A stretch of DNA of 64,000 bases. It comes from Alphaproteobacteria bacterium. Lineage in GTDB: Bacteria > Pseudomonadota > Alphaproteobacteria > MPNO01. Shown here one piece after another: positions 51,038 to 62,569 of the stretch. Numbering within the stretch: the stretch's first letter is position 1; each line of letters opens with the position of its first letter. The DNA lies in assembly GCA_965202905.1 (NCBI GenBank), contig OZ241868.1, positions 2,524,208-2,588,207 on the forward strand. The letters are read 5' to 3'. The position numbers were made by a program, and so were the translations under genes. The notes under the pieces were generated by a model. It had not been told where the DNA came from, searched no databases, and was given only the letters and a program-made list of their open reading frames with translations.

Positions 51038-52857
51038 ATGCCGGGACTAAGCACTTGGCCCGCCGCGCCTGCCGCCGCCGCGCGGGCGTGCTGCTGGGCG
51101 CGAACCTTCTCGACCGCCCCGGCGCCGGTCTCGGTGGCGGTGAAGATATCGAGCGCGTCGAGTTCGTCGTCGACCGGCGGGCTCAGCGCCAGATCGGTGT
51201 ATGCGAGGCGGTCGGGGTCGCGCTCGACCCGCTTGCGTGCGCGCCGGAACCGCCAAGCGAGCGCCGCCAGGCGCGCATGCTTGGAGACGATCTCCCACGC
51301 ATAGTGGCCGTAGAAGACGACCGGGCTCTCGATCGGCATTCCGTAGCGCCGGTCCTTACGGTATTTCCGCCGGAACAGCCCGCCCTGCAGCGGATGGATC
51401 CCTTCGATGGACTGGCAGCCGTAGAACCAGAGCGCCAGGCGCATGATCCGGCGCGGGCGCATGTTGCTGACGACCGCACGGCGCATCAGGGTCTCGAGAT
51501 GCTCGACGGTGTAGTAAGCCTCCCAGGCCCGATGATAGAGCGCCTGGAACTCCTGGCGCGTCATCAGCGGGTGGTCGGTGCAGACATGCTCGGTGTCGTA
51601 GTTGTTCATGTCCGGGTCCATCGCAACGCCCTTGTCGTAGAGCGCGCGGTGGTCGGCCGAACCCGGCAGCGGCGTCAGGCAGAAGAACTCCAGGAGGTCG
51701 AGCGGCAGTTCGCGCTTGATGATCTCGATGTCGCGCAGCACGCGCGCCGGCGTGTCGGCCGGGAAGCCCACGATGTAGCCGCACACAGTCAGCGCGCCGA
51801 TCGACTTCCAGTCCTGCAGCATCTTGCGATACTCGGTGATCCGGTTCTGACGCTTCTGGGCCGCCATCAGGTTGTCCGGATTGATGTTCTCCAGCCCGAT
51901 AAAGACCCGGTTGACGCCGGCGCGGCCGGCCTTCTCGACAAAGTCGGGGATGAGGTGGCACAGCGTATCGACCTGGATGATCAGCTTGAGCCTGATCCCC
52001 TCACCCTCGCGCAAGGCGATGATGCGGTCGAAGATCGCCTCCCAGTTGCGGTTGCGCGCGAAGTTGTCGTCGGTGATGAAGAACGAGCGGATGCCCTGGG
52101 CGTGGTGCTCGCGCACGATGTGCTCGATGTCATCGGCGGTGCGGTAGCGCGACTTGCGGCCCTGCACGTTGATGATGGTGCAGAAGCTACACTGGAACGG
52201 GCATCCGCGGCCCGAATCGAAGCTGGCGCGCCCGCCGACCGTCCGCTTCACCGTGCCTGCGGGCAGGATCGGCGTGGCCACGCCCTCCAGGTTCGGCAGA
52301 TCGGCGAGGAAGTCGTAGAGCTCCCGCAGCTCGCCGCGATAGGCGTCCCTCAGCACCTGATCGAAGCGGCCTTCGGCCTCGCCGCTAAAGATCGAGATGC
52401 CGAGCGACCAAGCCTCGCGGATGTCGTCGGGCGCCTCCGGCAGCATCGCCAGGCACCCGCTGGGATGGAAGCCGCCGAGGCAGACCTGGATTCCGGCCGC
52501 GCGCAGCGGCCGGGCGATGTCGACAGCGCGCGGAAACTGATTCGACTGCACGCCGACCAGCGCCACCATGCCCTTGCCGCCGCCGTCGGCGATGGCGCGC
52601 GCGATCCGTGCGGGCCTGATCCGCGCGTTGGTCTCATCGAGCGTGACGATCTCGATGTCGACATGCTCACCGAGAACCCGACGCGCCCGGCAGTCCAGCG
52701 CGATACCGTTGAGCGCCGCCAGCGTGTTCGAAGGGATCTCCGAGCGCGCCCATTGGATGACGTAGCCGTCGTCGTCGTAGTGCGACGGCTTGATGAAATA
52801 CAGCCGAAAGACCTCGGATCGATCCCGGCCGCTAGGTGTCTTTTTGAGGTTTTGCAC
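51034..52857 (-). CDS. B12-binding radical SAM protein
   Basis: CxxxCxxC (GCPFQCSFC); N-terminal cobalamin-binding region (LVGVQSNQ, GGFH); FFITDDN. Confidence 0.88.
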   Translation of the reverse strand: MQNLKKTPSGRDRSEVFRLYFIKPSHYDDDGYVIQWARSEIPSNTLAALNGIALDCRARRVLGEHVDIEIVTLDETNARIRPARIARAIADGGGKGMVALVGVQSNQFPRAVDIARPLRAAGIQVCLGGFHPSGCLAMLPEAPDDIREAWSLGISIFSGEAEGRFDQVLRDAYRGELRELYDFLADLPNLEGVATPILPAGTVKRTVGGRASFDSGRGCPFQCSFCTIINVQGRKSRYRTADDIEHIVREHHAQGIRSFFITDDNFARNRNWEAIFDRIIALREGEGIRLKLIIQVDTLCHLIPDFVEKAGRAGVNRVFIGLENINPDNLMAAQKRQNRITEYRKMLQDWKSIGALTVCGYIVGFPADTPARVLRDIEIIKRELPLDLLEFFCLTPLPGSADHRALYDKGVAMDPDMNNYDTEHVCTDHPLMTRQEFQALYHRAWEAYYTVEHLETLMRRAVVSNMRPRRIMRLALWFYGCQSIEGIHPLQGGLFRRKYRKDRRYGMPIESPVVFYGHYAWEIVSKHARLAALAWRFRRARKRVERDPDRLAYTDLALSPPVDDELDALDIFTATETGAGAVEKVRAQQHARAAAAGAAGQVLSPGM

Positions 52858-53046
52858 TCTGTCGTCCTGGCTGGGCAGCCTAACAGGGACGCGCGCCCCG
52901 CAACCCGGACAATCTGGCGGGGCCGTTTCGGTACATTACCGGCCCTCCGACCGCGCGGAAAGACTGAGAAATGCTATTTCTAATCGTCGATCTCGACAAG
53001 CCGGGCCGCAATGACTTGCGATTGGCCAACGGGCCTCACCTGGACA

Positions 53047-53454
53047 TTAGCAGGCCTTGTCGGCATCCCAGTGCATGGCTTCGATCTTGTGCCCGTCGGG
53101 ATCGCGCACGAAGCAGCCGTAATAGGCATCGTTGTAGATCGGCCGGTAGCCGGGGGCGCCGTCATCGGGCGCCCCGGCCGCGAGCGCGGCGCGGTGGAAT
53201 TCATCGACCGCTTCCTTCGAGCCGGCGCGAAAGCAGAAATGCGCCCCGTTGGCGACCGTCGCACGATTGCAGTCGATCGGCGTCTGGACCCAGAACTCGG
53301 GCAACGCCTTGCCGTAGGCGACAGCCTCGCCGTGCTCCATGATGCGGCGGCAGCCGAGCGCGCCCAGCACGGAGTCGTAGAATGCGCAGGCGCGCGCGAA
53401 GTCATTGGTCCCGATCGAGACATGGGACATGATGCCGGGATTGTCCTCGCTCAT
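53047..53454 (-). CDS. VOC (glyoxalase) family protein
   Basis: MSHVSIG, FYDSVLGALG, YYGCFVRDPDGHKIEA. Confidence 0.9.
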   Translation of the reverse strand: MSEDNPGIMSHVSIGTNDFARACAFYDSVLGALGCRRIMEHGEAVAYGKALPEFWVQTPIDCNRATVANGAHFCFRAGSKEAVDEFHRAALAAGAPDDGAPGYRPIYNDAYYGCFVRDPDGHKIEAMHWDADKAC

Positions 53455-53524
53455 TCCTTCCCCCTGGCGACGGTCTCGGGCATGGCAGGCAAACAATAGC
53501 GCCAAACCGGGGAGATCTGTAGCC

Positions 53525-54303
53525 ATGCCCATGATCGACGCCAACGGCGAGAGGCTGCATTACGTCAAGGAGGGCGCCGGGCCGGCAGTTCTGCTGATCC
53601 ACTCCATGGGCGCCGATGTCCGCATGTGGCGCGATCAGATCGCGGCGCTGTCCGACCGCTACACCTGCATCGTCTTCGACTGCCGCGGCCATGGTGGGTC
53701 GAGCTACAACGCGCGCTTCGCGGTCGCCGATGTCGCCGCCGACCTAGATCCGGGCTGGGCGGCCTCGGCATCGCATCCTGCCACGTCATCGGGCTCGCCA
53801 TGGGCGGGCCCGTCGCGCTCTCATTCGCCGCCCGGTGGCCGGATGCAGTCCGCTCGATCGTCATCGCCGACGGGTTCGTCGACATGCGCGAGGCGGGCGG
53901 CGCGCGGATCCCCGACTGGTCGAAGACCGTCCGCGCGACCCCGATGGCCGAGTTCGGCGAGATCTACGCCGATATGCGGCTGCTGCCGTGCGCTTCGCAG
54001 ACCGCACGCCGCGCGCTTGCCGATGCGATCTCCAAAGTCTCGCCGCAAGCCTATATCGACGTGATGAAGGCGATCTTCGAGGTCGAGTTCATCGTCGAAC
54101 TCTCGAAGATCCGCGCCCCGGCCCTGGTGATCTGGGGCGCCGAAGACGATGTCACCCCGCTGCCCCATTCGCGGCAGATCGCGGACGGCATTCCGGGGGC
54201 GCGGCTGGAGACCGTCCCGGGCGCCGCCCACATCGCCAACCTCGACCGGCCGGAGACGTTCAACTGCTTGCTCGCGGGCTTCCTCGACGCTCAGCCGGGA
54301 TAG
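53525..54303 (+). pseudogene. Alpha/beta hydrolase (enol-lactonase-like), frameshifted
   Basis: N-terminal half (LLIHSMG, DCRGHGGS) and C-terminal half (GLAMGG, IWGAEDD, AAHIAN) are in different frames; the break is at about 53745-53760. Confidence 0.8.
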
Positions 54304-54315
54304 GCGAGGCCGGCC

Positions 54316-55220
54316 CTACGCAACCTGCTCAGCAGCGATTCGCTGGGCCAGCAACTTGCGGCCCTGGATGGCGGCGTGATCGACATTGATGTCGATCAGC
54401 ACCGTGTCGCCCATGGTGTCCAGGCTCTTCTGCTGGGCGGCGATCGCCGCGACGTCTTGTTTGAGCGCCTTGGTGAACATCGCGCGCAGCTCCCCGGTGA
54501 AGGGCTCGTCGTTCCGCCGGAAGTTGCGCGCGTGATGCCAGAAATAGTGGGTTGAGGTCGCCGACTCCGGGGTGAGCGTGTGGTTCGAGTAAATCTCCGC
54601 ACCTCGACTGCGGTTGCCCTCGCGCGCGCCGGAGCCGGCGATCGCGCTGCCCGCGTCGATCACGATGTGGCACGGCGGGGTGTAAGCAATGTTCTGCCAG
54701 CGGTCGACATTGGCGGCGGCGCCCAGCGTGTCGGCGTGCAGGAACTGCATGTGCGACAGATCGACGAGATTGTCGACCAGCAGCCGGTAGTCGCCCGCGA
54801 CATGGTAGATGTCGCCGTAAGATGTCCACCCGGGGTCGTCGTTCCAGCGATAGTCGGGGATGAGGGCGGGCTCGGCCAGTTCCGGGGCGCCCATCCAGAT
54901 CCAGGCTCAGCGCCAGCGCTCGACGACCGGATAGGCGCGCACGCCGGCACCGGGCGGGATCGCGGTCTGGCCGGGCGTCGCGATGCAGTTTCCGTCGAAG
55001 TCGAATTCCAGGCCGTGGTAGCCGCATTGCAGGCTGGCTTCGAGCAGCCGTCCCTGGGACAGCGGCAGCGAGCGGCGGCAGCACCGGTCCTCCAGGGCGA
55101 GGCCCGGCCGTCGGCCGCCCGGAACAGCACCACCGGTTCGTCCAGGATCGTCCGCGCGACAAAGCCGTCGGCGAGCTCGCGATCCCAGGCGGCCACATAC
55201 CAGCAGTTGCGCATGAACAT
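54316..55220 (-). pseudogene. VanA-like Rieske oxygenase alpha subunit, frameshifted and internally deleted
   Basis: RNCWYVA, ALEDRCCRR (Rieske His lost), CGYHGLEF and DNLVDLSH are split across three frames. Confidence 0.82.
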
Positions 55221-55365
55221 CGCGTAAACCTCCCCGAGTCTCCGAGCGGCCAGAGGCTCCCGCGTCCGACCGACGATATGGAGACCGGGCCGCGCCCCGG
55301 CCGTTCATCGAATCTAAATCCCAACCCCGACAGGTTTTCAACCGATTCTGACAACAGACCGGCCC

Positions 55366-57124
55366 GTGTCACGGTCCCCCCGGGACTTCACGGCCGCGGC
55401 GCTGAGCCCGCTGGCCGGCGCGCCGCCGTCGTTGCTATCCTGCCCTCCGGATGAGGCCCGACGGACAAGGGGGCAGGCAAGGACGGCCGAAGGCTCGGGA
55501 CGCTACGACTACATGATCATCGGCGCCGGCTCCGCCGGCTGTGTGCTGGCCAACCGGCTGAGCGCCGGCGGCGCGCGCGTGCTGGTGCTGGAAGCCGGCG
55601 GGCCCGACAAGAGCTGGCTGATCCATGTCCCGCTCGGCGTCGGCAAGGTCTGGCGCGCGCCCGACTTCAACTGGTCCTACACCTCCGATCCGGAGCCGAA
55701 TCTCGATGGGAGGGAGGTGTTCCACCCGCGCGGAAGGGTGTTGGGCGGGTCGTCCTCGATCAACATGATGGCCTATGTCCGCGGTCACCGCGGCGACTAC
55801 GAGCGCTGGCACCAGAAGGGGCTCGACGGCTGGTCCTATGCCGACCTACTGCCCTATTTCCGCCGCGCCGAGATCTTTGAAGACCCGTCTGAAGACCCGT
55901 CGAACCCCTATCACGGCAGCGATGGCCCGCTCACCATCGAGACCAGCAGGATCGACGATCCGCTGATCGACATCTTTCTCGAAGCCGCGGTCTCGGCAGG
56001 CTACGGACTCACCGCGGACTATAACGGCGCCACGCAGGAGGGGTTCGCCCGGCTGCAGAGCAATATCCGCAACGGCAAGCGGTGCAGCGCCGCGGTGGCC
56101 TATCTCCATCCCGCGGTCGCCGCCGGATGGGTGCGGGTGGAGACCGGCGCGCTGGCCACCGGCCTGGTGCTCGAAAGCGACCGGGCCGCCGGCGTGCGCT
56201 ACACGAAGGACGGGCGCAGCCGGACGGCGCTCGCCGGAACGGACGTGATCCTCTCGGGCGGGGCGATCAACTCGCCGCAACTCCTGATGCTCTCGGGCGT
56301 CGGCCCGGCTGAGCATCTGGCCGAGCACGGCATCGGCGCCGCGCTCGACCGCCCCGGAGTGGGCGCGAACCTGCAGGATCACCCTTCGATCGGCCTCGAG
56401 TACAACTACGCCGTCCCCTCGACCTTCCACCGGAAGCTCCGGTTCGACCGGCTGGCGTTCAACATGGTCCGGGCGCATTCGTTCGGCGCCGGCCCGGCGT
56501 CGCGCGCGCCGTCCTCGGCGACCGCCTTCGTGCGCAGCCGGCCGGAGATCGAACTGCCCGACATCCAGCTCTTCTTCCGGCCGGTCTCCTACAACGCGCG
56601 AATGGTTTCCGGTCCTGCGGCCGCCGTCGCCGGAGACCTTCACCTTCCGGGCCTGCCATCTTCGTCCCGAAAGCCGCGGCGCGATCCGGCTGCGCTCCGC
56701 CGATCCGGCGGCAAAGGTCCGCATCCGCAACGATTTTCTCGCGACCGAGACCGACCGACGCGCCCTGCGCGATGCATTCAGGCTGATCCGCACGCTCGTC
56801 TCACAGCCGGCGTTCGATAGCTGGCGAGGCCCGGAAAGCCTGCCCGGCACCGAAATCGAGACCGACGATCAGGTCGATGCCTTCGTGCGCCGGACCCTCG
56901 GCACGGTCTACCACCCGATCGGCACCTGCCGAATGGGGAACGACCCGGATTCGATCGTCGATCTGGACTTCCGGGTGCGAGGCATCGACGGCCTGCGGGT
57001 GGTCGATGCCTCGGTGATGCCCGACCTCGTCGGCGGCAACATCAACGCGGTGGTGATCATGATCGCCGAGAAGGCGGCCGACGCCATCCTCGGCAACCCG
57101 CCGCTTCCCCGGGCGGAGATCTGA
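55366..57124 (+). pseudogene. GMC (choline dehydrogenase-like) oxidoreductase with a frameshift at about 56600
   Basis: IGAGSAGCVLA, RGRVLGGSSSIN, GANLQDH, and YHPIGTC/RVVDASVMP in a second frame. Confidence 0.85.
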
Positions 57125-57217
57125 GCCGGCCGCCGTTCCGCGCGACCGGTCGCGCCGCCCCCGAGGCGCAGCCTGACCGGCGCGCCCCGGGTGAGAAAGA
57201 CGGGCCGCGCGGGGGTC

Positions 57218-58267
57218 CTATTTCATCATCTTCATCTTGTCGGCGGCGGCCATCCGCGTCTTTTCCGCCGCGGCCTTGATGATCTCGTACATCTCGCGGA
57301 TCTCCGGATTGGTCGCCAGGTACCGATCGCCCAGCGGCTTGGCGCGGCGGAAGAACTCCCTGCGGTCGGCCTCGGACAGATCGATCACCGTGCCGCCTTC
57401 CTTGGTCCACTGCTCCTCCCAATGCCGGGTGATCTCGATCGCCACTTCGGCCGTCTTGTCGCTGAGATTCCGGCTCTCCTCCCAGACCGCGTCGCGCAGG
57501 TCGGCCGGCAGCTTGTTGAGGAACTGGACATTGGTGAACGCGCCGACCGGTATGTAGCCGCCCTTGGTCCTGGTCAGATATTTGGCGACGGTGAAGAACT
57601 TCGACGGCCCCATGACGATGACCGCGCTGCGCGCGCCGTCGACGACCCGGCGCTGGATCGAGGGGATGACCTGGGAGTAGGGGATCGGCACCCCGGCGGC
57701 GCCGAAGACTTTCATCAGCTCGATCTCGATCTTTGTGGCGAGCACCCGGAGTTTCTTGCCCTGAAGGTCCTCCAGCGAGCGAATCGGCTCGCGCGAGGCG
57801 ATCGCGGCCTCGCCGGCGGCCCACATATAGGTCGCGACGAACCCGGCCTTTTCGCCCAGCCGACTGAATTTGTCGAACACGTTGGGATGGTTCATCGTCA
57901 GATGCTGATGCCAGTGCGAATCGAACATCCCCGGCGCGTCGGGCGCGGCGAAGGCCGGATTGACGCCCTGGAAGAAGCCGGGCGGGGTGTAGAACATCTC
58001 CTGGGTGCCGAGCTGCAGCCCTTCGAGCTGGCGGGGAATGGTGCCAAGCTGGGCGGCCGGGAAGATGCTGACCTTGATGCGGCCGTCGGTCCTCTTCTCC
58101 AGCGCCTCCTTCAGCCACTTCGAGGACACGTGGTTGGAATCGTTGATCGTCACGAACCCGATCTTGAGTTCGTAAGTCTTGGCCGACGCGGCCGCGGCGG
58201 CGGCGCAGGCCATCGCGCATACGGCGACAAGCGAAGCACCCATACCCAGGCGTCTGTCTCTCGACAT
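57218..58267 (-). CDS. dctP: TRAP substrate-binding protein DctP
   Basis: Signal peptide; FPAAQLG; GKKLRV. Confidence 0.85.
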   Translation of the reverse strand: MSRDRRLGMGASLVAVCAMACAAAAAASAKTYELKIGFVTINDSNHVSSKWLKEALEKRTDGRIKVSIFPAAQLGTIPRQLEGLQLGTQEMFYTPPGFFQGVNPAFAAPDAPGMFDSHWHQHLTMNHPNVFDKFSRLGEKAGFVATYMWAAGEAAIASREPIRSLEDLQGKKLRVLATKIEIELMKVFGAAGVPIPYSQVIPSIQRRVVDGARSAVIVMGPSKFFTVAKYLTRTKGGYIPVGAFTNVQFLNKLPADLRDAVWEESRNLSDKTAEVAIEITRHWEEQWTKEGGTVIDLSEADRREFFRRAKPLGDRYLATNPEIREMYEIIKAAAEKTRMAAADKMKMMK

Positions 58268-58429
58268 CGTGCTGCCTCCTTTGTGAGCCGATTCGGATGA
58301 CCGGCCGGACATCAGCCTAATAACGAATCCGGCCCGCGATCAATGGGCGGATGGCGCGCCCGCTTAACCCGGTGGATCCGCTGCGCTAGAGATGGGGCCT
58401 GGGATAGCCTCAACGGACGGGACCGGATC

Positions 58430-59473
58430 ATGAAAGTCGGGCTTTTTGACCACTTGGAACGGGCGGACGACCGGCCACTCGCAACTCAGTTCGACGAACG
58501 GCTGGAGTTCGCGGCCGCCGCCGACCGGGCGGGGCTCTACTGCCTGCACGTGGCCGAGCATCACTCCTCGCCGCTCAACATGGCGCCGGCGCCGGGCGTC
58601 TACCTCGCCGCAGTGGCCCGCGTAACCCAGCGCATCCGGCTCGGCCCGCTGGTCTATCTGCTCACGCTCTACACGCCGCTGAAGCTGGCCGAGGAGATCT
58701 GCATGCTCGACCACATGAGCCGCGGCCGGCTCGAAATCGGGGTGGGACGCGGCGTCTCGCCGTTCGAGCTCAACTACCACCACGTCGATCACGGCGAGTC
58801 GCGGGAGATCTTCTTCGATGCCTACGCCTGTTTGAAGGCGGCGCTCGGCGGAGACACGTTCAGCCATCACGGCGCGCATTTCGACTACAAAGACGTGCCG
58901 ATGCCGCTGCGCCCTTTGCAGACGCCCCATCCGCCGTTCTGGTACGGCTCGTCCAACACCATCGGGGCGACCTGGGCCGGCGAGCACGGGCTGCACTTCG
59001 TCGCCAACGGCCCGATCTCGCTCGCCAAGCCCAATATCGAGGCCTTCCGCACCGCGCTTGCGGCACGCGGCGGCGCGGCCCAGCCTAAGGCTGCGTTTCC
59101 CGACGGCGCCGCAATCGGCATGCTGCGCCACATCGTGGTGGCCGAGACCGATGAAGAGGCGCGCCGGATCGCCAAGCCCGCCATGGACCACCACGCCGGA
59201 AGCCTGCACTGGCTGCGCCGGCTGCACAAAGCCGACTCGCTGACCGGCCGCCTCAACATGCCCCACGGCGAGACCTTCGAGCAGTGGGAGGAGGCCCGGA
59301 TGGTCATCGCCGGCTCACCGGAGACTGTGCTCGCCGAGATGAATGCCCAGATCGCCGAGACCGGCGTCAACTACCTTGTGGCCTACCTCTTCTTCGGCAC
59401 AATGGCTTTGTCCGATGCGCTGCGCTCGCTTACCCTGTTCAGCGAGGAGGTGATGCCCGGGCTCGGCGCCTAG
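58430..59473 (+). CDS. LLM-class flavin-dependent oxidoreductase
   Basis: HVAEHH, IRLGPLV, GRLEIGVGRG, PHPPFWYG. Confidence 0.9.
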   Translation: MKVGLFDHLERADDRPLATQFDERLEFAAAADRAGLYCLHVAEHHSSPLNMAPAPGVYLAAVARVTQRIRLGPLVYLLTLYTPLKLAEEICMLDHMSRGRLEIGVGRGVSPFELNYHHVDHGESREIFFDAYACLKAALGGDTFSHHGAHFDYKDVPMPLRPLQTPHPPFWYGSSNTIGATWAGEHGLHFVANGPISLAKPNIEAFRTALAARGGAAQPKAAFPDGAAIGMLRHIVVAETDEEARRIAKPAMDHHAGSLHWLRRLHKADSLTGRLNMPHGETFEQWEEARMVIAGSPETVLAEMNAQIAETGVNYLVAYLFFGTMALSDALRSLTLFSEEVMPGLGA

Positions 59474-59603
59474 CGGTTCGAATCTTTCGCTTCGAACCAC
59501 TGGTTTTCATGTTGATGGATAAACTTATCGAGACATTTGAATGCGTTATGGTCGCCCGATCATCATCAGCCGGGGGATTCAAAGGTCTCGGTTGATCCTC
59601 TAG
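59470..59603 (+). mobile_element. MITE-like repeat, copy C, CTAG at both ends
   Basis: CTAG-CGGTTCGAATCTTTCGCTTCGAACC…GGTTGATCCT-CTAG. Confidence 0.75.
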
Positions 59604-59695
59604 GGGCACGGGTCTTGCCTCGCCCCGGACGGGGGAACATGGTTGAGGCATCGACGTTGGAGCATCAACGCAAACGGGTCACAGGGAGGTTATCG

Positions 59696-60688
59696 ATGAA
59701 ACGGTTCGGAATGGCCGCCGCGGCGGCGGCGCTGGGGCTTCAGGCGACGGCGGTCGCGGCACAGGAGCTCAGATTCGCGAGCTTCGTGCCGCCGCAATAC
59801 GTCCTGCACAAACCGATCTTCCTCAAGCTGGCCGACGACCTCGCCGAGGCGACGGGCGGGAAGCTCACGATCAAGGTCTATGCGGCAGGCGCCTTGGGCA
59901 AGGGGCCGGTCGAGCAGTACCAGCGCGCGGTCCGGCGGATCGCCGACATCTCCTACGGGCTGCCGGGCTACACGTCCTCGCTGTTTCCCAAGACGCTGCT
60001 GATCGAGCTGCCGGGCGTCGCCCGGGGGCATCAGGACGCGACACGCAAGATCTGGAAGGTGATGGACGGGCACCTGCGGGCGGAGTTCAAGCGGACGGTG
60101 CCGCTTGCGGTCTTCGTCACGCCGCCGGCCGTCTTCATGATGCGCGACAAGCCGGTGCGCACCCTGGCCGACCTCAACGGGCTCAAGATCCGCGTCGCCT
60201 CCAGGTCCGCAGCCGCGGTGATTTCCGCCTACGGTGCGACGCCGGTGCAGATGCCGGCAACCAAGGTCTACACCTCGATGAGCACGGGCGTGGTCGACGG
60301 CGCGCTGATGGGTTCGGATTCGCTGCTGATCTTCAAGCTTATCGAGCCCGCGAAATACGTCACCACCGGGCTTCCGGAAATGCCGACGACGATCTTCATG
60401 GTGATGAACGAGGCGGCCTATGACGAGCTTGGCGCGGACGAGCGGAAGGCGCTCGACGGGCTGACCGGTCTCGACATCAGCTTGCGCTCCGCGCAGGGCC
60501 TGGCGAAGTTCGGCCAGATCGCTCTTGCGAAGTTCGCTAAGATCCCGGACAAGACCATCGTCGAGCTGTCGCCCGCAGCGCGCGCGGCGTTCGATGCCCG
60601 GGCGCAGGCCGCGGTCGCCGGTGTCTTGAAGGAACTCGACGGACGCGGATTGCCGGCGAGCCGGGTCGTCGATGCGATGAAGAACTGA
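59696..60688 (+). CDS. dctP: TRAP substrate-binding protein DctP
   Basis: Signal peptide; YGLPGYTSSLFP; DLNGLKIRV. Confidence 0.88.
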   Translation: MKRFGMAAAAAALGLQATAVAAQELRFASFVPPQYVLHKPIFLKLADDLAEATGGKLTIKVYAAGALGKGPVEQYQRAVRRIADISYGLPGYTSSLFPKTLLIELPGVARGHQDATRKIWKVMDGHLRAEFKRTVPLAVFVTPPAVFMMRDKPVRTLADLNGLKIRVASRSAAAVISAYGATPVQMPATKVYTSMSTGVVDGALMGSDSLLIFKLIEPAKYVTTGLPEMPTTIFMVMNEAAYDELGADERKALDGLTGLDISLRSAQGLAKFGQIALAKFAKIPDKTIVELSPAARAAFDARAQAAVAGVLKELDGRGLPASRVVDAMKN

Positions 60689-60716
60689 CCGACGCGACCA
60701 GGGCGGGGCGGCGCGG

Positions 60717-61223
60717 ATGAGGCCCCTCGATGGGCTGTGTACCGCCCTTGGTGTCCTGTCCGGCCTGATTCTGCTCGGCCTGATCGGGCTGACCTTCGCC
60801 GACGTGGTGATGCGCTACGTCTTTTCGGCCCCGATCCTGGGCGCCAAGGACCTGCTGCAGATGGGCATGGTCCTGGTTTTCGCGTTCGCCCTGCCGCTGA
60901 CCTGGCGGACGGGCGGGCACATCGTGGTCGATCTGATCCCGGACTATCCGATCCGCGGGCTGACGGTCGCGCGCGATGTCGCGGTTCGGCTGATCGGGCT
61001 GTTCGTGTTCGCGCTGCTAGCCTGGCAGGCTTGGCTACGCGCCGACGATGCGGCGCTGTTCAACGAGGCCACCAACATGATCGAGGCGCCGTTTCGGCCT
61101 TTCTTCCAGGCGCTCGCTCTGGCGGCGGCGATCCACACCCTGGTTCTTTGCGTCGAGACCACCCGGCTGATGACGGGCCGGTCGGTGGCGCTCACCCTCG
61201 CCTGGTTGCGGCCGGCCGAGTAG
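60717..61223 (+). CDS. dctQ: TRAP small permease DctQ
   Basis: Four TM segments; DVVMRY; GGHIVVD. Confidence 0.85.
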   Translation: MRPLDGLCTALGVLSGLILLGLIGLTFADVVMRYVFSAPILGAKDLLQMGMVLVFAFALPLTWRTGGHIVVDLIPDYPIRGLTVARDVAVRLIGLFVFALLAWQAWLRADDAALFNEATNMIEAPFRPFFQALALAAAIHTLVLCVETTRLMTGRSVALTLAWLRPAE

Positions 61224-61226
61224 ACG

Positions 61227-62567
61227 ATGGACCCCACTCTCCTCGGCATCCTGGGATTCGTTCTGATCCTTGCCCTGATGAGTCAGCGGGTGCCGGTCGC
61301 TCTGGCGATGATCATCACAGGCTTCGCCGGCCTGGTCGCGATCAACTCCTGGCCGGCGGCGGTCGCGACCCTGGTGACGGAGACCTGGAGCACGGCGATC
61401 TTCTACGAGCTCACCGTGATCCCGTTCTTCGTGCTCATGGGTAACGTCGCCTCGATGTGCGGCATGAGCCGGGACCTCTACAATGCCGCCAACGCCTGGG
61501 TCGGCTGGATGCGCGGCGGGCTCGCGCACTCGACCGTGCTCGGCTGCACCGGGTTCGCGGCGCTGTCGGGCTCCTCGGTCGCCTCGGCGCTCACCATCGG
61601 CCGGGTTGCGATGCCGGAGATGCGCCGCTTCGGCTACGATCGAAGGCTGGCTGCCGGCGCGGTCGCGGCCGGGGGCACGCTCGGGATTCTGATCCCGCCG
61701 TCCACCGGGTTCGTGATCTACGCCATCCTGACCGAGGAATCGATCGGCCGGCTGTTCCTGGCCGGCGTCGTCCCCGGCATCATCCTGGCCGGCTTCTTCC
61801 TGCTCACGATCTTCGTCCAGACCGCGCTCCGGCCGGAACTCGGCCCGGCGGCGCGGCGCTACGACTGGCGCGAGAAGCGCGCTGCGCTGCTGCGCGGCTT
61901 CTCGATCATCTTCGTCGTCGCGGTCTCGATCGGCGGGATCTACGGCGGGGTGTTCACGCCGGTGGAAGCCGCCGCCGTCGGCGCAGTTCTGGCGATGGGG
62001 TTCGCCGCGATCCGGCGCAGCTTCACGCCGGCGCTCGTCGCCGATGCGCTGCTGAAGACCGTTTCCACCACGGTGATGATCTATTGCATCATCATCGGGG
62101 CGGCGATCTTCTCGCCGTTCCTGGCGCTCACCCAGATCCCGGAGAACCTCGCCGGCGCGCTGAAGGGGTTCGACTTCGGCCCGGTGACGCTGCTGGTGAT
62201 CGTGCTCGCGACCTTCATCGCGCTCGGCACCTTCCTCGACGGGTTCGCGATGATGGTGCTGATCCTGCCGATCGTCCTGCCGATCATAGAGCAGTCGCAG
62301 ATCCCGGCCTTCCTCGGGCTCGACCCCGATTCCGGCGACCTTCGAATCTGGTTCGGCGTGGTCATGGTGGTGATCCTGGAGATGGCGCTGATCAGCCCGC
62401 CCGTCGGCATGAACGTCTTCGTGGTCAAGGGCGTGGCCCGCGACGTCTCGATGCGCGACATCTATGTCGGCATCCTGCCCTTCTGGGCGGCGATGATGGC
62501 CTGTTTGGCGCTCCTGGTCGCCTTCCCCGATCTCTCGCTGATCCTGCCCAACACGATGCTGGACTGA
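61227..62567 (+). CDS. dctM: TRAP large permease DctM
   Basis: GTLGILIPPS, LISPPVGMNVFVV. Confidence 0.92.
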   Translation: MDPTLLGILGFVLILALMSQRVPVALAMIITGFAGLVAINSWPAAVATLVTETWSTAIFYELTVIPFFVLMGNVASMCGMSRDLYNAANAWVGWMRGGLAHSTVLGCTGFAALSGSSVASALTIGRVAMPEMRRFGYDRRLAAGAVAAGGTLGILIPPSTGFVIYAILTEESIGRLFLAGVVPGIILAGFFLLTIFVQTALRPELGPAARRYDWREKRAALLRGFSIIFVVAVSIGGIYGGVFTPVEAAAVGAVLAMGFAAIRRSFTPALVADALLKTVSTTVMIYCIIIGAAIFSPFLALTQIPENLAGALKGFDFGPVTLLVIVLATFIALGTFLDGFAMMVLILPIVLPIIEQSQIPAFLGLDPDSGDLRIWFGVVMVVILEMALISPPVGMNVFVVKGVARDVSMRDIYVGILPFWAAMMACLALLVAFPDLSLILPNTMLD

Positions 62568-62569
62568 GT

